DNA of 60,326 nt, filler included, from an uncultured Myxococcia bacterium (GTDB lineage Bacteria; CAZTWC01): assembly GCA_964617105.1 (NCBI GenBank). It is 4 parts of 4 records of this genome, joined end to end, with 100 filler letters (N's around TTAATTAATTAA, not from the genome) between each part and the next. Parts side by side here need not be neighbours in the genome. Positions count along the whole stretch, not along the records: positions 1 to 15,368 come from CAZTWC010000066.1; 3 more parts are not named here. One strand, given 5' to 3'. The notes under the pieces are model-generated. The model had not been told where the DNA came from. It ran no database searches and saw only the letters and a program-made list of their open reading frames with translations. Below are positions 1 to 10,551 of the stretch, in pieces. The translations under genes were made by a program, and so were the position numbers. Within the stretch, counting starts at the first letter, position 1; each line of letters starts with the position of its first letter.

Positions 1-2481
1 GTTATGAACAAAGGGGCTCTGGCTGAGTTAATAGACCGTAGTTATCGTAAGTGCGGCCAAAAGGCCACGGTTTTGCTGGCCGATAGACTACGCACCCTTG
101 GTTTCTACCATTCCACCAGGGCCGGTATCTCTATATCCATTAGCAACATGACCATTCCCTCTAAAAAACAAGAGTTATTAGACCAGGCTTACACTGATAT
201 AAAACATATTGAGCAGCAATATGCCGATGGTATTATTACCGATGGTGAAAAACACAATAAATTGATCGATAACTGGACTCTAACCACTGATAATGTTGCC
301 GCTCAAATGATGCGCGAATTGGAGGTGGACATCCTGTTAGATAATGAAGGAAAAGAGCACCTTATCCCCTCTTTTAACCCTATCTTTATTATGGCAGATT
401 CAGGAGCCCGGGGTAGTGCTCAGCAGATAAAACAGTTGGCAGGAATGAGGGGTTTGATGGTGAAGCCTTCTGGTGAAATCATCGAAACGCCCATCACCGC
501 GAATTTCAGGGAAGGCCTTTCCGTACTCCAGTATTTTATCTCCACCCACGGCGCCAGAAAAGGTCTGGCTGATACCGCATTGAAAACAGCCAATTCCGGT
601 TACCTTACCCGCCGGCTGGTAGATGTGGCCCAAGACTGCACTGTAACTGAGTTCGACTGCGAAACTTTGGATGGAATCTACTTATCCTCCCTGGTTGAAG
701 GTGGTGAAATCATTCAGCCGATGGGTGAAAGGATCCTGGGACGAACGGCATTAGACGATATCGTTGAACCATATACCAATGAAGTTATTGTGGAGGCCAA
801 CCAACAGATTGACGAAGATCACGTCCAAAAAATCGAGGCATCAGGAATTGAAAGAGTGCATATTCGCTCGGTTTTAACTTGTCAGGCCGAACGGGGTATT
901 TGCGCCCAATGCTATGGCCGTGACCTGTCCCGAGGCCACAAGGTGAACATTGGTGAGGCGGTGGGAGTTATCGCCGCTCAATCCATTGGTGAACCAGGCA
1001 CTCAGTTGACCATGCGTACCTTCCATATTGGTGGCGCTGTCCAGGGAAGAGCGGAACAGAGCACTTTAGAAAACCGTTACTCTGGATTTGTAAAATACGA
1101 TAATTTGCATGTGGTGGCAAAACAAATAGCCCTGGATGAAGGATCGCAAAAGCAGACTATCTGGGTGGTTATGAACCGCAATGGTGAAATCACCATTTTA
1201 GACGAGCATAACCGTGAAAGAGAAAGATACCCCGTGGTTTACGGCGCTCAGATTTTGATCCCAGATGGAGGCAAGGTAAAGACTAATACCATGATTGCCC
1301 AGTGGGATCCTTTTTCCACAGTAATCATTACTGAAGTATCTGGATACGTAGCCTATGGAGATATCCTGGACGGTCTTACCATGGAAGAGCAAACCGACCC
1401 TATTACCGGTTTGACCCAAAAAGTTATAGCACCCTCTAAGGATAGCGATATGCGTCCTACCTTATCGGTAAAAGACGCAGATGGCAATACCCTTAAACTA
1501 AGCCTTAAAGATATGCAAAACCGGGAAATTGAAGCATCTTATCTGCTCCCGGTGGGCGCCAATATTCTGGTGCAAGACAAAGAATTTATCAAGGCTGGCG
1601 ATGTTTTAGCTAAAATACCTCGGGAAACTACTAAAACTAAGGATATTACCGGTGGTCTTCCCCGAGTGGCAGAACTTTTTGAAGCCAGGAAACCAAAGGA
1701 ACATGCCCAAATTACTGAAATCGATGGGATTGTATCCTTTGGCAAAGATACCAAAGGTAAACGCAAGATCATTGTAACCCCGGAAATAGGTGAGCCTAAA
1801 GAGTATTTGATCTCCAAACAAAAATATATCCGGGTTCAAGAAGGTGATTTTGTCCGCACCGGAGATCCCCTGATGGATGGTTCATCCAATCCCCACGATA
1901 TTTTGCGGGTTATGGGAGAAAAAGAACTAGCCAAATACCTGGTGGATGAAGTGCAGGAGGTTTACCGGCTGCAAGGTGTTAAAATCAACGATAAACACAT
2001 TGAAGTTATTGTCCGCCAGATGTTGCGCCGGGTAAAAATTACCGATGTAGGCGATACCAACTTACTTTTGGAGGACCAGGTAGAAAAGCAAAATTTTAAA
2101 AAGATAAACGAAGCGGTAATGGGCATGGAAGAGGCCAGTGACCCGGCTGAGGCTGAATCTTTACTGTTGGGCATAACCAAAGCCTCGCTCTCTACCGACA
2201 GTTTTATCTCTGCCTCCTCTTTTCAGGAAACCACCAAAGTATTGACTGAAGCGGCTATTGCCGGCAAAGTGGATAACTTATTGGGTTTGAAAGAGAATGT
2301 TATTATGGGAAGGTTAATCCCGGCTGGAACTGGTCTACCAGTCTATCACAAACTCAATATGGCAGTGGAAGGATTTGATCAGGATCAGGAAAATGACAAA
2401 GAACTGACCATGGCCCAGGGTGAAACCGGAACGGAATTGGCAGAACAGCGTCCTCCGGAAATGCCTACCGTATTAAGTTAG
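1..2481 (+). CDS. rpoC: DNA-directed RNA polymerase subunit beta' (5'-truncated by window edge)
   Basis: Contains [35 protein letters not shown] (bridge helix), [18 protein letters not shown] (trigger loop), [16 protein letters not shown] and [17 protein letters not shown]. The frame is open to position 1. Confidence 0.99.
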   Translation, partial: VMNKGALAELIDRSYRKCGQKATVLLADRLRTLGFYHSTRAGISISISNMTIPSKKQELLDQAYTDIKHIEQQYADGIITDGEKHNKLIDNWTLTTDNVAAQMMRELEVDILLDNEGKEHLIPSFNPIFIMADSGARGSAQQIKQLAGMRGLMVKPSGEIIETPITANFREGLSVLQYFISTHGARKGLADTALKTANSGYLTRRLVDVAQDCTVTEFDCETLDGIYLSSLVEGGEIIQPMGERILGRTALDDIVEPYTNEVIVEANQQIDEDHVQKIEASGIERVHIRSVLTCQAERGICAQCYGRDLSRGHKVNIGEAVGVIAAQSIGEPGTQLTMRTFHIGGAVQGRAEQSTLENRYSGFVKYDNLHVVAKQIALDEGSQKQTIWVVMNRNGEITILDEHNRERERYPVVYGAQILIPDGGKVKTNTMIAQWDPFSTVIITEVSGYVAYGDILDGLTMEEQTDPITGLTQKVIAPSKDSDMRPTLSVKDADGNTLKLSLKDMQNREIEASYLLPVGANILVQDKEFIKAGDVLAKIPRETTKTKDITGGLPRVAELFEARKPKEHAQITEIDGIVSFGKDTKGKRKIIVTPEIGEPKEYLISKQKYIRVQEGDFVRTGDPLMDGSSNPHDILRVMGEKELAKYLVDEVQEVYRLQGVKINDKHIEVIVRQMLRRVKITDVGDTNLLLEDQVEKQNFKKINEAVMGMEEASDPAEAESLLLGITKASLSTDSFISASSFQETTKVLTEAAIAGKVDNLLGLKENVIMGRLIPAGTGLPVYHKLNMAVEGFDQDQENDKELTMAQGETGTELAEQRPPEMPTVLS

Positions 2482-2583
2482 TGCGCCTCCAAATTCTCGC
2501 GTCCCGGACCGGTCCTACTAGTGCACTGTACAGCACACTAGTAAAAAAGGTAAAAGGTAAAATAGGAGTATGTGGAGTAAATT

Positions 2584-3888
2584 ATGAACAAAAAAGAATC
2601 CATAAAAACTGCTAAAGACCTGATCAATTTCATTTATCAAAGTCCCTCCTCTTTTCATGCGGTAAATACCCTTAAGGAGCGGTTGGCGGACCATGGTTTC
2701 ACTTCGTTAATTGCAGGTGAAAACTGGTCCCTGGAAAAAGGGGGGAAATACTTTATCACCATTAACGATTCAGCTATTATCGCGGTGGAAATCGGGCACG
2801 GAGAGGTGGAGCAAAAGGGCTTTGCCATTATCGGCGCGCATACAGACAGCCCCTGTTTACGGGTCAAGCCCAATCCGGAGATGGTTGAAAACGGCTATAT
2901 CAAATTAAACGCCGAGATATACGGTGGCCCCATACTGAACACCTGGCTGGACCGGCCGCTTTCTCTGGCCGGCAGAGTAAGCCTCAAATCAAAATCCTTT
3001 TGGAAGCCCTCTTCACGATTGGTTTCCCTATCCAAATTAAAAGTAATAATCCCCAATGTTGCCATCCATTTGAATAAAACCCTGAACAAGGGATATGAAC
3101 TCAATAGACAAAAAGATATGTTGCCAATCTTAGGTCTGGTATCTGATAATTACCCGGGAGAGGGGCTGATAAAAAAATTACTAGCCAAAGAACTCTCGGT
3201 CAAGGAAGAGGAGATATTGGATTTCGACCTATTTGTTCACCACTATCAAAAAGGTGAATTGCTGGGACTGGAAGAGGAGTTTGTGGTCACCGGCCGCCTG
3301 GATAACCTGGCTATGGCCCACGCTGGAATGTCGGCAATGTTGGCTTCCGGGAAATCGGACCGCACCAAAGTTTTGGCCTGTTTTGACAATGAAGAGGTCG
3401 GTAGCGCCTCTAAGCAAGGCGCTGATTCACCGCTGTTGTCCCATGTGTTGGAACGGGTGGCGTTGGGTCTTGGTAAAGAACGAAATCAATTTTTGCAGTC
3501 TATTTTCAACTCCTTTATCATCTCGGCAGACATGGCCCATGCTGTGCACCCCAACTTGCCAGAGAAACACGATCCAACCAACAAACCAGCTATTAACCAG
3601 GGACCAGTAATCAAAATAAACGCCAACCAAAAATATACCACTGACAGCGACTCAGCCGCGGTTTTCACCAGGTTGTGCCAGGAGGCCAAAGTCCCCTGCC
3701 AGCAATATGTAAACCGTTCCGATGAGCCCGCCGGTTCAACTATTGGACCATTGTCCGCCACCCAACTACCTATCCGCTCTTTGGATATCGGAAATCCCAT
3801 GCTGGCTATGCATTCCATCAACGAAATGTGTGGCAGTAAAGATCAGGCATATTTAATCAGGGTCTTTAAAAGATTCTATAACGGATAA
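2584..3888 (+). CDS. M18 family (aspartyl) aminopeptidase
   Basis: Metal-binding motifs GAHTDSP, GRLDNL, FDNEEVGS, SADMAHAVHPN and LAMHS; 434 aa. Confidence 0.95.
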   Translation: MNKKESIKTAKDLINFIYQSPSSFHAVNTLKERLADHGFTSLIAGENWSLEKGGKYFITINDSAIIAVEIGHGEVEQKGFAIIGAHTDSPCLRVKPNPEMVENGYIKLNAEIYGGPILNTWLDRPLSLAGRVSLKSKSFWKPSSRLVSLSKLKVIIPNVAIHLNKTLNKGYELNRQKDMLPILGLVSDNYPGEGLIKKLLAKELSVKEEEILDFDLFVHHYQKGELLGLEEEFVVTGRLDNLAMAHAGMSAMLASGKSDRTKVLACFDNEEVGSASKQGADSPLLSHVLERVALGLGKERNQFLQSIFNSFIISADMAHAVHPNLPEKHDPTNKPAINQGPVIKINANQKYTTDSDSAAVFTRLCQEAKVPCQQYVNRSDEPAGSTIGPLSATQLPIRSLDIGNPMLAMHSINEMCGSKDQAYLIRVFKRFYNG

Positions 3889-5247
3889 CTCCCCTATTAG
3901 ATCATAGGATAGGGCATCGATTATCTTGGCTTGAACAAAGTCTCCGGGTTGATAGTTTTCAAAGTTGCCTATTAACTTTACTTGCCCATCTACTTCTGGG
4001 GCCTGGCCAAAATACCGGCCGCTGGCAGACAGGTTATAAACCTGTTTATCAGTTGAGCCCTCCTCCGAGATGGTCAACTCCTCTTCCAGTCCTATATCTT
4101 CTAGCAAAACCTGAAAACTCTCCCCTACCCTGTCCAAATTTTTGTTCAATGAAACCTGCTGTTGAAGCGCCATTAGATGGTGATAGCGTTCCTCAACCGT
4201 TTCTGGATCTATCTGCTGGTCCAGTTTGGCAGATTCACTGCCATCTTCGTTGGAGTATGGGAATACCACCAGGTGATCAAAAATCTCCTGCTCGATTAAA
4301 TCAACCATTTGCAGAAAATCCTGCTCGGTTTCTCCAGGATAGCCGGTAATCAAAGCGGTCCGTAAAACCGCCTGAGGAATTATTTGGTCTATTTGGGCCA
4401 ACAAATTACGAATAGACTTGTTACTGGCGCCTCTTTTCATAGAACGAAGAATAGGGTCACTCACATGCTGAAGGGGAATGTCCAGGTAGTTAACCACATT
4501 GGAACACTCTCTTATTAGACCTAAAAGTGGTTCAGAAACAGCGGTATGGTAGTTATACAGCAATCGTATCCAGGGGATATCCAGATGGCTCAACTGTCGA
4601 AGCAACTCCTCCAGATTAACTCTGGGTTTGAGGTCACTACCAAAAGAACTAAGATCCTGAGATATCAGGTTCAACTCTTTTACTCCCGAGTTTTTTAGGT
4701 TATTGGCCTCAAGTAGAATGTCATCTATAGTTCTGCTTTGCAGAGGGCCACGCAGAGAAGGGATCAAACAAAAAGAACATTGGCGGGAGCATCCTTCTGC
4801 TATTTTCAAATAAGCGGTATAAGGGGGCATAGAATTCAGGCGGGGGGTGGTATGATCGTATAGAAAAGAAGAACCGTTGTATTTTGGAATCTTCTTTCTT
4901 CCCTGTTCAATAATCTCGGTAATATTATTAAACTCCCCTGTCCCTACCAACAGATCTGCTTCGGGCAATTGCTGCTTTAATCTATCTTTATACCTCTGAA
5001 CCAGGCAGCCCGCCACCACTATACACTGACATTGGCCCTGCTGTTTAAAAACGCTCAACTCCTTAACAGTTTCCAAAGACTCCTGCACCGCCTCCTCCAG
5101 GAAGCCGCAGGTATTGACTATGATAATGTCAGCTTCTTCTGGATAGGTGGTAAGACTGTACCCATCTATGCCTAACAAACCGGCCATAACCTCGCTGTCC
5201 ACGCGATTTTTCGGACACCCCAAAGAAACTAAATAAAAGGAGTTCAA
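3853..5247 (-). CDS. rimO: Ribosomal protein S12 methylthiotransferase
   Basis: N-terminal SLGCPKNRVDSE and NTCGFL, radical SAM motif EGCSRQCSFCLIP, and C-terminal TRAM with QAPEVDG. Confidence 0.95.
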   Translation of the reverse strand: MNSFYLVSLGCPKNRVDSEVMAGLLGIDGYSLTTYPEEADIIIVNTCGFLEEAVQESLETVKELSVFKQQGQCQCIVVAGCLVQRYKDRLKQQLPEADLLVGTGEFNNITEIIEQGRKKIPKYNGSSFLYDHTTPRLNSMPPYTAYLKIAEGCSRQCSFCLIPSLRGPLQSRTIDDILLEANNLKNSGVKELNLISQDLSSFGSDLKPRVNLEELLRQLSHLDIPWIRLLYNYHTAVSEPLLGLIRECSNVVNYLDIPLQHVSDPILRSMKRGASNKSIRNLLAQIDQIIPQAVLRTALITGYPGETEQDFLQMVDLIEQEIFDHLVVFPYSNEDGSESAKLDQQIDPETVEERYHHLMALQQQVSLNKNLDRVGESFQVLLEDIGLEEELTISEEGSTDKQVYNLSASGRYFGQAPEVDGQVKLIGNFENYQPGDFVQAKIIDALSYDLIGELSVIESFKDPD

Positions 5248-5921
5248 TGTTTTATCACCTCGTAACCATGGGGAATCTTATATTCAAAAATCTCTTTGCC
5301 TATGGCAGGATTAAGTTTCAGAGCCGAAAAAGTTACCTGGTTGATATTGCCCATTCGGTCGATAATCTTGATGGAATGGATAAAATGATCTTTCCGGGAG
5401 ACCATAACCTGCAAATGTTTAAGAGTTCCCATCTCTTTTTTGGGCTTCAATTTCAATTGCACGCTTTGAGTTGACTGACCGAGTAATTGTACCTGGTATT
5501 GTTCTTTTATCTTACCCTGGCCCAGAAAAAAAGCCAAAGCACCGGGGTATTGTTCCATTTTGAAATCGGAAAAAATCTCCACCTGTTCATCCTCGGGATA
5601 ACCTAAGATCATGGTATTATTTTTTATTAAAAAAAATTTTTTAATCGGTTCAGTATAGATCCACCTTAATATCCCCGGTTTTTTCGACCATATCCGGCCC
5701 TTAAGTTGTCTTTTACCTTGGTGAATACTGGAGATATATTCTTGCTGGAAATCGGCAGTGAAACTGGTTAAGGTATCGTATCGTTCCTGCAGTTTTGTTA
5801 CCAGGGTATTTAAAAACTGAGTTTGATCTTTAATCGTCGGTTCTTTGGCTGGCAATCTCTTTCCGCCAACCAGAAGCCCTAATAAACCCAAAAAAAACAC
5901 CAATATTATTTTCTTTTGCAT
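5244..5921 (-). CDS. lolA: Outer-membrane lipoprotein carrier LolA family protein
   Basis: Signal peptide, FTADFQQ, KKPGILRWIYTEP and C-terminal FEYKIP; overlaps the rimO start by 4 nt. Confidence 0.85.
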   Translation of the reverse strand: MQKKIILVFFLGLLGLLVGGKRLPAKEPTIKDQTQFLNTLVTKLQERYDTLTSFTADFQQEYISSIHQGKRQLKGRIWSKKPGILRWIYTEPIKKFFLIKNNTMILGYPEDEQVEIFSDFKMEQYPGALAFFLGQGKIKEQYQVQLLGQSTQSVQLKLKPKKEMGTLKHLQVMVSRKDHFIHSIKIIDRMGNINQVTFSALKLNPAIGKEIFEYKIPHGYEVIKH

Positions 5922-5987
5922 TTTTTGGTCCCTAAAAAATTACCTTGACTATCAAATCAATCTATATTATTTTAGTATCCTCTGAGG

Positions 5988-6063
5988 GGCGCAGTACCCA
6001 AGTGGCTAAGGGAACGGTCTGCAAAACCGTCATCCACCGGTTCGAATCCGGTCTGCGCCTCCA
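5988..6063 (+). tRNA. tRNA-Cys(GCA)
   Basis: Acceptor stem GGCGCAG/CTGCGCC, anticodon arm ACGGT-CTGCAAA-ACCGT, T-arm ACCGG-TTCGAAT-CCGGT, discriminator T and encoded CCA. Confidence 0.97.
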
Positions 6064-6106
6064 TTTTTTTGTACTTTTCACCCCTAAAGGGGTCATAGTT
6101 GGCGTC

Positions 6107-6168
6107 AGTTAGCCGGGATGCATCCGAGAAGATTAGAATTTGGAGGCGCCCGGATGCATCCGAATTCT
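6107..6168. repeat. Short palindromic dispersed repeat (family B, GGATGCATCC core), two copies
   Basis: 6107-6127 matches 12105-12125 at 20/21 nt; 6152-6168 is identical to 12114-12130; 6135-6149 is the reverse complement of 2483-2497. Confidence 0.7.
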
Positions 6169-6834
6169 GAGCAGTTTCTGGCATTCTATTAGCAACTGCT
6201 CGGGAGTATCCACCCGGATTACATGAGAACCAAATAGGTCCTCATTTTCTCCCAGACCCCAAGTTACTGCTACACATTTAATACCCACATTTTTAGCCGA
6301 AGCCACATCGATGGCTGAATCACCCACCAAAGCCACGGAAGAAGCCTGGAGTAACTCTTCAGCCCGAAAAATCATGGCAGGATCTGGTTTGGTAACCTTC
6401 ACATCATCTGGTCCCAGCACCACCTTAAAGAAACCCGGCATCAATTTGTCAGCAATAATCCGAGCCATCTCCCCCGGTTTATTAGTAACAATCCCCAGGG
6501 TCACATTGTCAGCGGTTAGTTGCTTCAGCACCTCAACCACTCCATCATAGCACCTGGTGCACACTACCAGGTTTTCCCGGTAATTGTGACGAAAATGCTC
6601 CTCCATCTCTTCTAACTTCTGCTCAGAAGCGTTCTCTGTCTCCAGCAGTTTCAAAGCCTCATCAACCAGATTTCGCACCCCCCGGCCGATCATTTTTTTT
6701 ACCTGAATTCGATTCAATGGTAATTGGGCGGATGGACTAAATTTTTCCAGCGTATAATTAAGGATATTGGTAATATCATCCAAAGAATTAACCAGAGTTC
6801 CGTCCAGGTCAAACAGGATAGCCTTTTTAGTCAT
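6133..6834 (-). CDS. HAD-superfamily hydrolase (phosphoglycolate phosphatase-like)
   Basis: Motif I FDLDGTLVNS, plus VTNK, KPDP and VGDSAIDV. Start placed at MTKKAILF, overlapping the lepA stop. Confidence 0.9.
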   Translation of the reverse strand: MTKKAILFDLDGTLVNSLDDITNILNYTLEKFSPSAQLPLNRIQVKKMIGRGVRNLVDEALKLLETENASEQKLEEMEEHFRHNYRENLVVCTRCYDGVVEVLKQLTADNVTLGIVTNKPGEMARIIADKLMPGFFKVVLGPDDVKVTKPDPAMIFRAEELLQASSVALVGDSAIDVASAKNVGIKCVAVTWGLGENEDLFGSHVIRVDTPEQLLIECQKLLRIRMHPGASKF

Positions 6835-8644
6835 GCCCTTCCCCCTTGAGCACCGCCACAAAAGCCTTTTGGGGCACCAATACTCTACCGATGCTCCTCA
6901 TCTTTTTCTTCCCCTTTTTCTGCTTCTCCAGCAATTTTCGTTTTCGGGTAACATCGCCGCCATATAGTTTGGCGGTAACATCTTTACGCAACGGTGCGAT
7001 ATTGGTGCGAGCAATTATTTGACCGCCTATGGCGCCCTGAACAGCGACCTTAAACATCTGTCGCGGGATCTCCTGCCGCAATTTTTCACAAATAAACAGC
7101 GCTTTTTTACGAGCCCACTGCTTATGAGTTATAAGAGAAAGGGCATCCACCTTTTCTCCATTGATCAGGATATCCACTTTTACCAGATCCGCAGCCCGGT
7201 AATCATAAAAATCATAGTCAAAAGAAGCATAACCTCTAGAAACCGACTTTAAACGGTCATAATATTCATAGATAATCTCGGCCAGAGGTAATTCCACGTT
7301 TATCTCCATGCGCCCCCGGGTAGAATAAAAATATCGTATGTTTTCTCCCCGTCGGTCCAGGCACAATTTCATCACCGGTCCCATAAACTCCTCTGGAGTA
7401 ATTATCTTGGCCTTGACAAAAGGTTCCAGGGACTGCTCGATTTGCACCACCTCTGGGTAGTGGAGAGGATTATCCACTTTTATGGGAGTATCTTTTCCCT
7501 TTAGCAAAAACTGGTAACGAACACTGGGCAGAGTCATTATCAGAGAGCGGTCAAATTCCCTTTTCAACCTCTCCTGCACTATCTCCAGGTGGAGCAATCC
7601 TAAAAAACCACACCTGAATCCCTGTCCCAGGGCGGCTGATGAGTCTTTTTGGCTTACCAAAGCAGCATCATTGAGTTTATATTTTTCCAGGGCATCGGCC
7701 AGCACTTTGTACTCCTCAGAAACAATGGGATATATAGAGGAAAAAACCACTGGTTGTGACGATTTGAAGCCCGACAAAGGCGCGGGGGCCGGATTTGCCG
7801 CCAGAGTTATGGTGTCGCCCATGCGGGCCTTTTGAATTTCCTTAATCCCGGCAATTATGTAGCCCACCTGGCCGCAGATCAATTGTTTCTCCTTTTGACG
7901 ATGCAGACGAAAACTTCCCACCTCCTCCACCTTGTACTCCGCCTCAGTGGAGATCATTCGGATCATTTGGCCTGGCTTTAAGGCTCCATTAAATACCCGG
8001 CAGCTTATCACCGCCCCTCGAAAGGGATCGTAGGTGGCATCAAAGATCAACGCCTCCAAAGGAGATTGGTTGGAGCCTTTTGGCGAGGGTATCTTTTCCA
8101 CTACCGCTTTCAGCACATCATCAATTCCAATGCCCTTTTTGGCAGAACAAAGTATTGCCTCCTCACCGTCCAGACCCAGGTCCACCTCCAACTGCTGCCT
8201 CACCTTGTCTATATCAGCCGAGGGTAAATCTATCTTATTAATCACCGGCACAATCACCAGATCCTGTTCCAGAGCGGAATAGAAATTAGCCATGGTCTGG
8301 GCCTCCACCCCCTGGGAGGCATCCACCAGCAGCAATACGCCCTCGCAGGAAGCCAAAGCCCGGGAAACTTCGTAGGAAAAATCCACATGTCCGGGTGTAT
8401 CGATTAGGTTCAGTTGGTATTGCTGCCCATCGGGCCCCTGATAGGGTAAAGAGACGGTCTGGCTTTTGATGGTTATGCCCCGCTCCCGCTCGATATCCAT
8501 GTTGTCCAGGATTTGGTCCCTGAATTCCCTCTTAGATATTAGTCCAGCCTTTTGAATAAGCCGGTCAGCCAAAGTTGATTTACCGTGATCGATATGGGCG
8601 ATAATACTAAAATTACGGATTTGGACATTGGTTTTATCTTTCAT
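6827..8644 (-). CDS. lepA: Elongation factor 4
   Basis: IRNFSIIAHIDHGKSTLADR, RERGITIK, DTPGHVDF, GFRCGFLGLLHLEI and C-terminal KDVTAKLYGGDVTRKRKLLEKQK. Confidence 0.98.
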   Translation of the reverse strand: MKDKTNVQIRNFSIIAHIDHGKSTLADRLIQKAGLISKREFRDQILDNMDIERERGITIKSQTVSLPYQGPDGQQYQLNLIDTPGHVDFSYEVSRALASCEGVLLLVDASQGVEAQTMANFYSALEQDLVIVPVINKIDLPSADIDKVRQQLEVDLGLDGEEAILCSAKKGIGIDDVLKAVVEKIPSPKGSNQSPLEALIFDATYDPFRGAVISCRVFNGALKPGQMIRMISTEAEYKVEEVGSFRLHRQKEKQLICGQVGYIIAGIKEIQKARMGDTITLAANPAPAPLSGFKSSQPVVFSSIYPIVSEEYKVLADALEKYKLNDAALVSQKDSSAALGQGFRCGFLGLLHLEIVQERLKREFDRSLIMTLPSVRYQFLLKGKDTPIKVDNPLHYPEVVQIEQSLEPFVKAKIITPEEFMGPVMKLCLDRRGENIRYFYSTRGRMEINVELPLAEIIYEYYDRLKSVSRGYASFDYDFYDYRAADLVKVDILINGEKVDALSLITHKQWARKKALFICEKLRQEIPRQMFKVAVQGAIGGQIIARTNIAPLRKDVTAKLYGGDVTRKRKLLEKQKKGKKKMRSIGRVLVPQKAFVAVLKGEGHD

Positions 8645-8789
8645 GGTGGAGAATATACCATAACCAGACAAATAATGCACCTGAACAGTTTCCTCATTGA
8701 CTTTAAGCCTGGAAATATTTAGTATACTCCTAGTGAATTATCGAACCGGATCTATTTGCCATGACTACCTCTTTAAGAGACCATTAATT

Positions 8790-9815
8790 ATGACCAACTC
8801 AGTTTCACCTTCTTTAAATAAAAGCCCAAAAGCCATCAATCCGTCAGCTGTGGCCTCGCTTATCTTTACATCGTTGCGTCCCCACTTCTTTTTTCTATCG
8901 GGCACTGCCGGACTGGCCGGCATAATGCTGGGTTACAACGAGGCTCCCTTATGGAAAGCCATTGTCAGTTTTATCGTCCTGTTTTTCTCTTATGGCTCCG
9001 CCCAGATGCTGGATGATCTCTTTGATCTGGAAGCAGATAAAATCAATGCCCCGGAAAGACCCTTGGCCAGCGGTGAATTACCGCTTAAAACCGGTATCAT
9101 AGTAGTTGGAGCCTTGATGGCAATTATCTTTGCCGCTCTGTTTGTGGTCAACTGGCTTTGCTGTGTGGTTGCCGCCGTCGGCGGAATAGTGAGTTTTACC
9201 TATAGTAAATTCAAAGGAATTCCTCACCTGGGTCATATCTGGAGCGGTATATTGATGGGGTTCACTACCTTGTTAGGCGCTGTTTCGGTAAGCGAATACA
9301 CCAGTTTGTCACAACTGTTGGATTTTCCGCCCAAAGTATGGCTGGGAGTAGCGATTGCTATTATCACCTTTTCTGGTTTTACCCTGGTAAGTTACTTTAA
9401 GGATGTAATCGGCGACCACCAGGCCGGCTATTTTACTCTGCCAGTTAAAATCGGTCCCGAAAGGGCGGCTTACCATACCCTGGTTTACCCGGCCCTGGCT
9501 TTAATTGTCGGATTGCTGCTGACCAAACCTCTTTTCTTAAAACTATTCCCAACCCACACTACTTTGGATACCAGTTTTATTTTTTTCTATTTGCTGGGCA
9601 TTGTCATGTTTATTAAAAGCTGTCACACCGTCATTTCGATTCCAGTGGAAGACGGCCCCTATGATGCTTTGGTATGGGCCTGCCGCTCCTCAGCCATGAT
9701 CTACCTTTCCCTGGCCATAGGAGAGAGCGGTACCCTGGGAGTCTTAGCGCTTTTGCTCTGCTTTTCCATTATGGAGTGGTTCATTAGGCACACCGAAGGA
9801 CTGCGACAACTGTAA
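8790..9815 (+). CDS. UbiA-superfamily prenyltransferase (DGGGP-synthase/chlorophyll-synthase-like)
   Basis: Asp-rich motifs DDLFDLEADKINAPERPLASG and FKDVIGDHQAGYFTLPV; multiple TM helices. The start position is uncertain. Confidence 0.85.
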   Translation: MTNSVSPSLNKSPKAINPSAVASLIFTSLRPHFFFLSGTAGLAGIMLGYNEAPLWKAIVSFIVLFFSYGSAQMLDDLFDLEADKINAPERPLASGELPLKTGIIVVGALMAIIFAALFVVNWLCCVVAAVGGIVSFTYSKFKGIPHLGHIWSGILMGFTTLLGAVSVSEYTSLSQLLDFPPKVWLGVAIAIITFSGFTLVSYFKDVIGDHQAGYFTLPVKIGPERAAYHTLVYPALALIVGLLLTKPLFLKLFPTHTTLDTSFIFFYLLGIVMFIKSCHTVISIPVEDGPYDALVWACRSSAMIYLSLAIGESGTLGVLALLLCFSIMEWFIRHTEGLRQL

Positions 9816-9831
9816 CTTCCAGAAGATTTGC

Positions 9832-10548
9832 ATGGACAATCCGAGGGAAATATTTGCTGATTTCTTCTTCTCACCCATCGGTATAAATGAGTGGGATCAA
9901 TTACCGCCGGAACAGTTTCTGCAAAAAATAGAGCAATTTGATGATCTGCAACTGATCTATATACTACGCTTTACCACTGCCAGAATTGAATATTATTTGC
10001 TTAAGCATCAGATCCCCGGAGAGATAGTGGCAGCCATAGCAGGTTGTATGGCCAACCAGTTTTCTAAAGATGATAGTAGTATTGTCTGGATCATCAACCA
10101 ATTTGGCCCAAAATTATGTATTGAAATACTATTAAAAATGCCCACTGAAACAGCGGTTGACATCCTTATGAAACTCGATGCCACCAAACGGGAAGATATT
10201 TTTAAAAACCTTGATCCTGAAGAAGATTTTACCCTGGTGGCCAGTTTACACCCAGAAGATGCTGCCAGTATCATCTGCCGGCTAAAAGAGGATAAACGAA
10301 ATAAATTTATCAACCAAATGCATCCTAAGCAGAAAAAACGCTTCCATTTTGTTTTGAAAAAATATCTAAAGATGCAGGAGTTATCCAAACAAATCGAAGA
10401 GTTGAGACTAAAAAACAATTACCAGGAGATTGTTCAACTGGTTGACCGTATTAAAGATAGAAAAATCAAACATTTTTTTGCCGAGCGGCTGGATCCCTTT
10501 TCCAGGGAAATTTACCAACTTTACCGGCACTGGAAAAAAAAAGGTTAA
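9832..10548 (+). CDS. Hypothetical protein with MgtE N-terminal-like helical repeats
   Basis: Repeating pattern LLKMPTETAVDILMKLD / LHPEDAASIICRL; no CBS or TM domain. Confidence 0.55.
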   Translation: MDNPREIFADFFFSPIGINEWDQLPPEQFLQKIEQFDDLQLIYILRFTTARIEYYLLKHQIPGEIVAAIAGCMANQFSKDDSSIVWIINQFGPKLCIEILLKMPTETAVDILMKLDATKREDIFKNLDPEEDFTLVASLHPEDAASIICRLKEDKRNKFINQMHPKQKKRFHFVLKKYLKMQELSKQIEELRLKNNYQEIVQLVDRIKDRKIKHFFAERLDPFSREIYQLYRHWKKKG

Positions 10549-10551
10549 ATT

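Noticed and set aside
2516..2548. Hairpin TACTAGTG...CACTAGTA after rpoC as an intrinsic terminator
   Set aside because: It is followed by an A-run rather than a U-run on the coding strand, and may belong to a repeat remnant.
5988..6168. tRNA-Cys as an integration site (TGCGCCTCCA also at 2482-2491)
   Set aside because: The match is only 10 nt, there is no integrase, and the genes in between are housekeeping.
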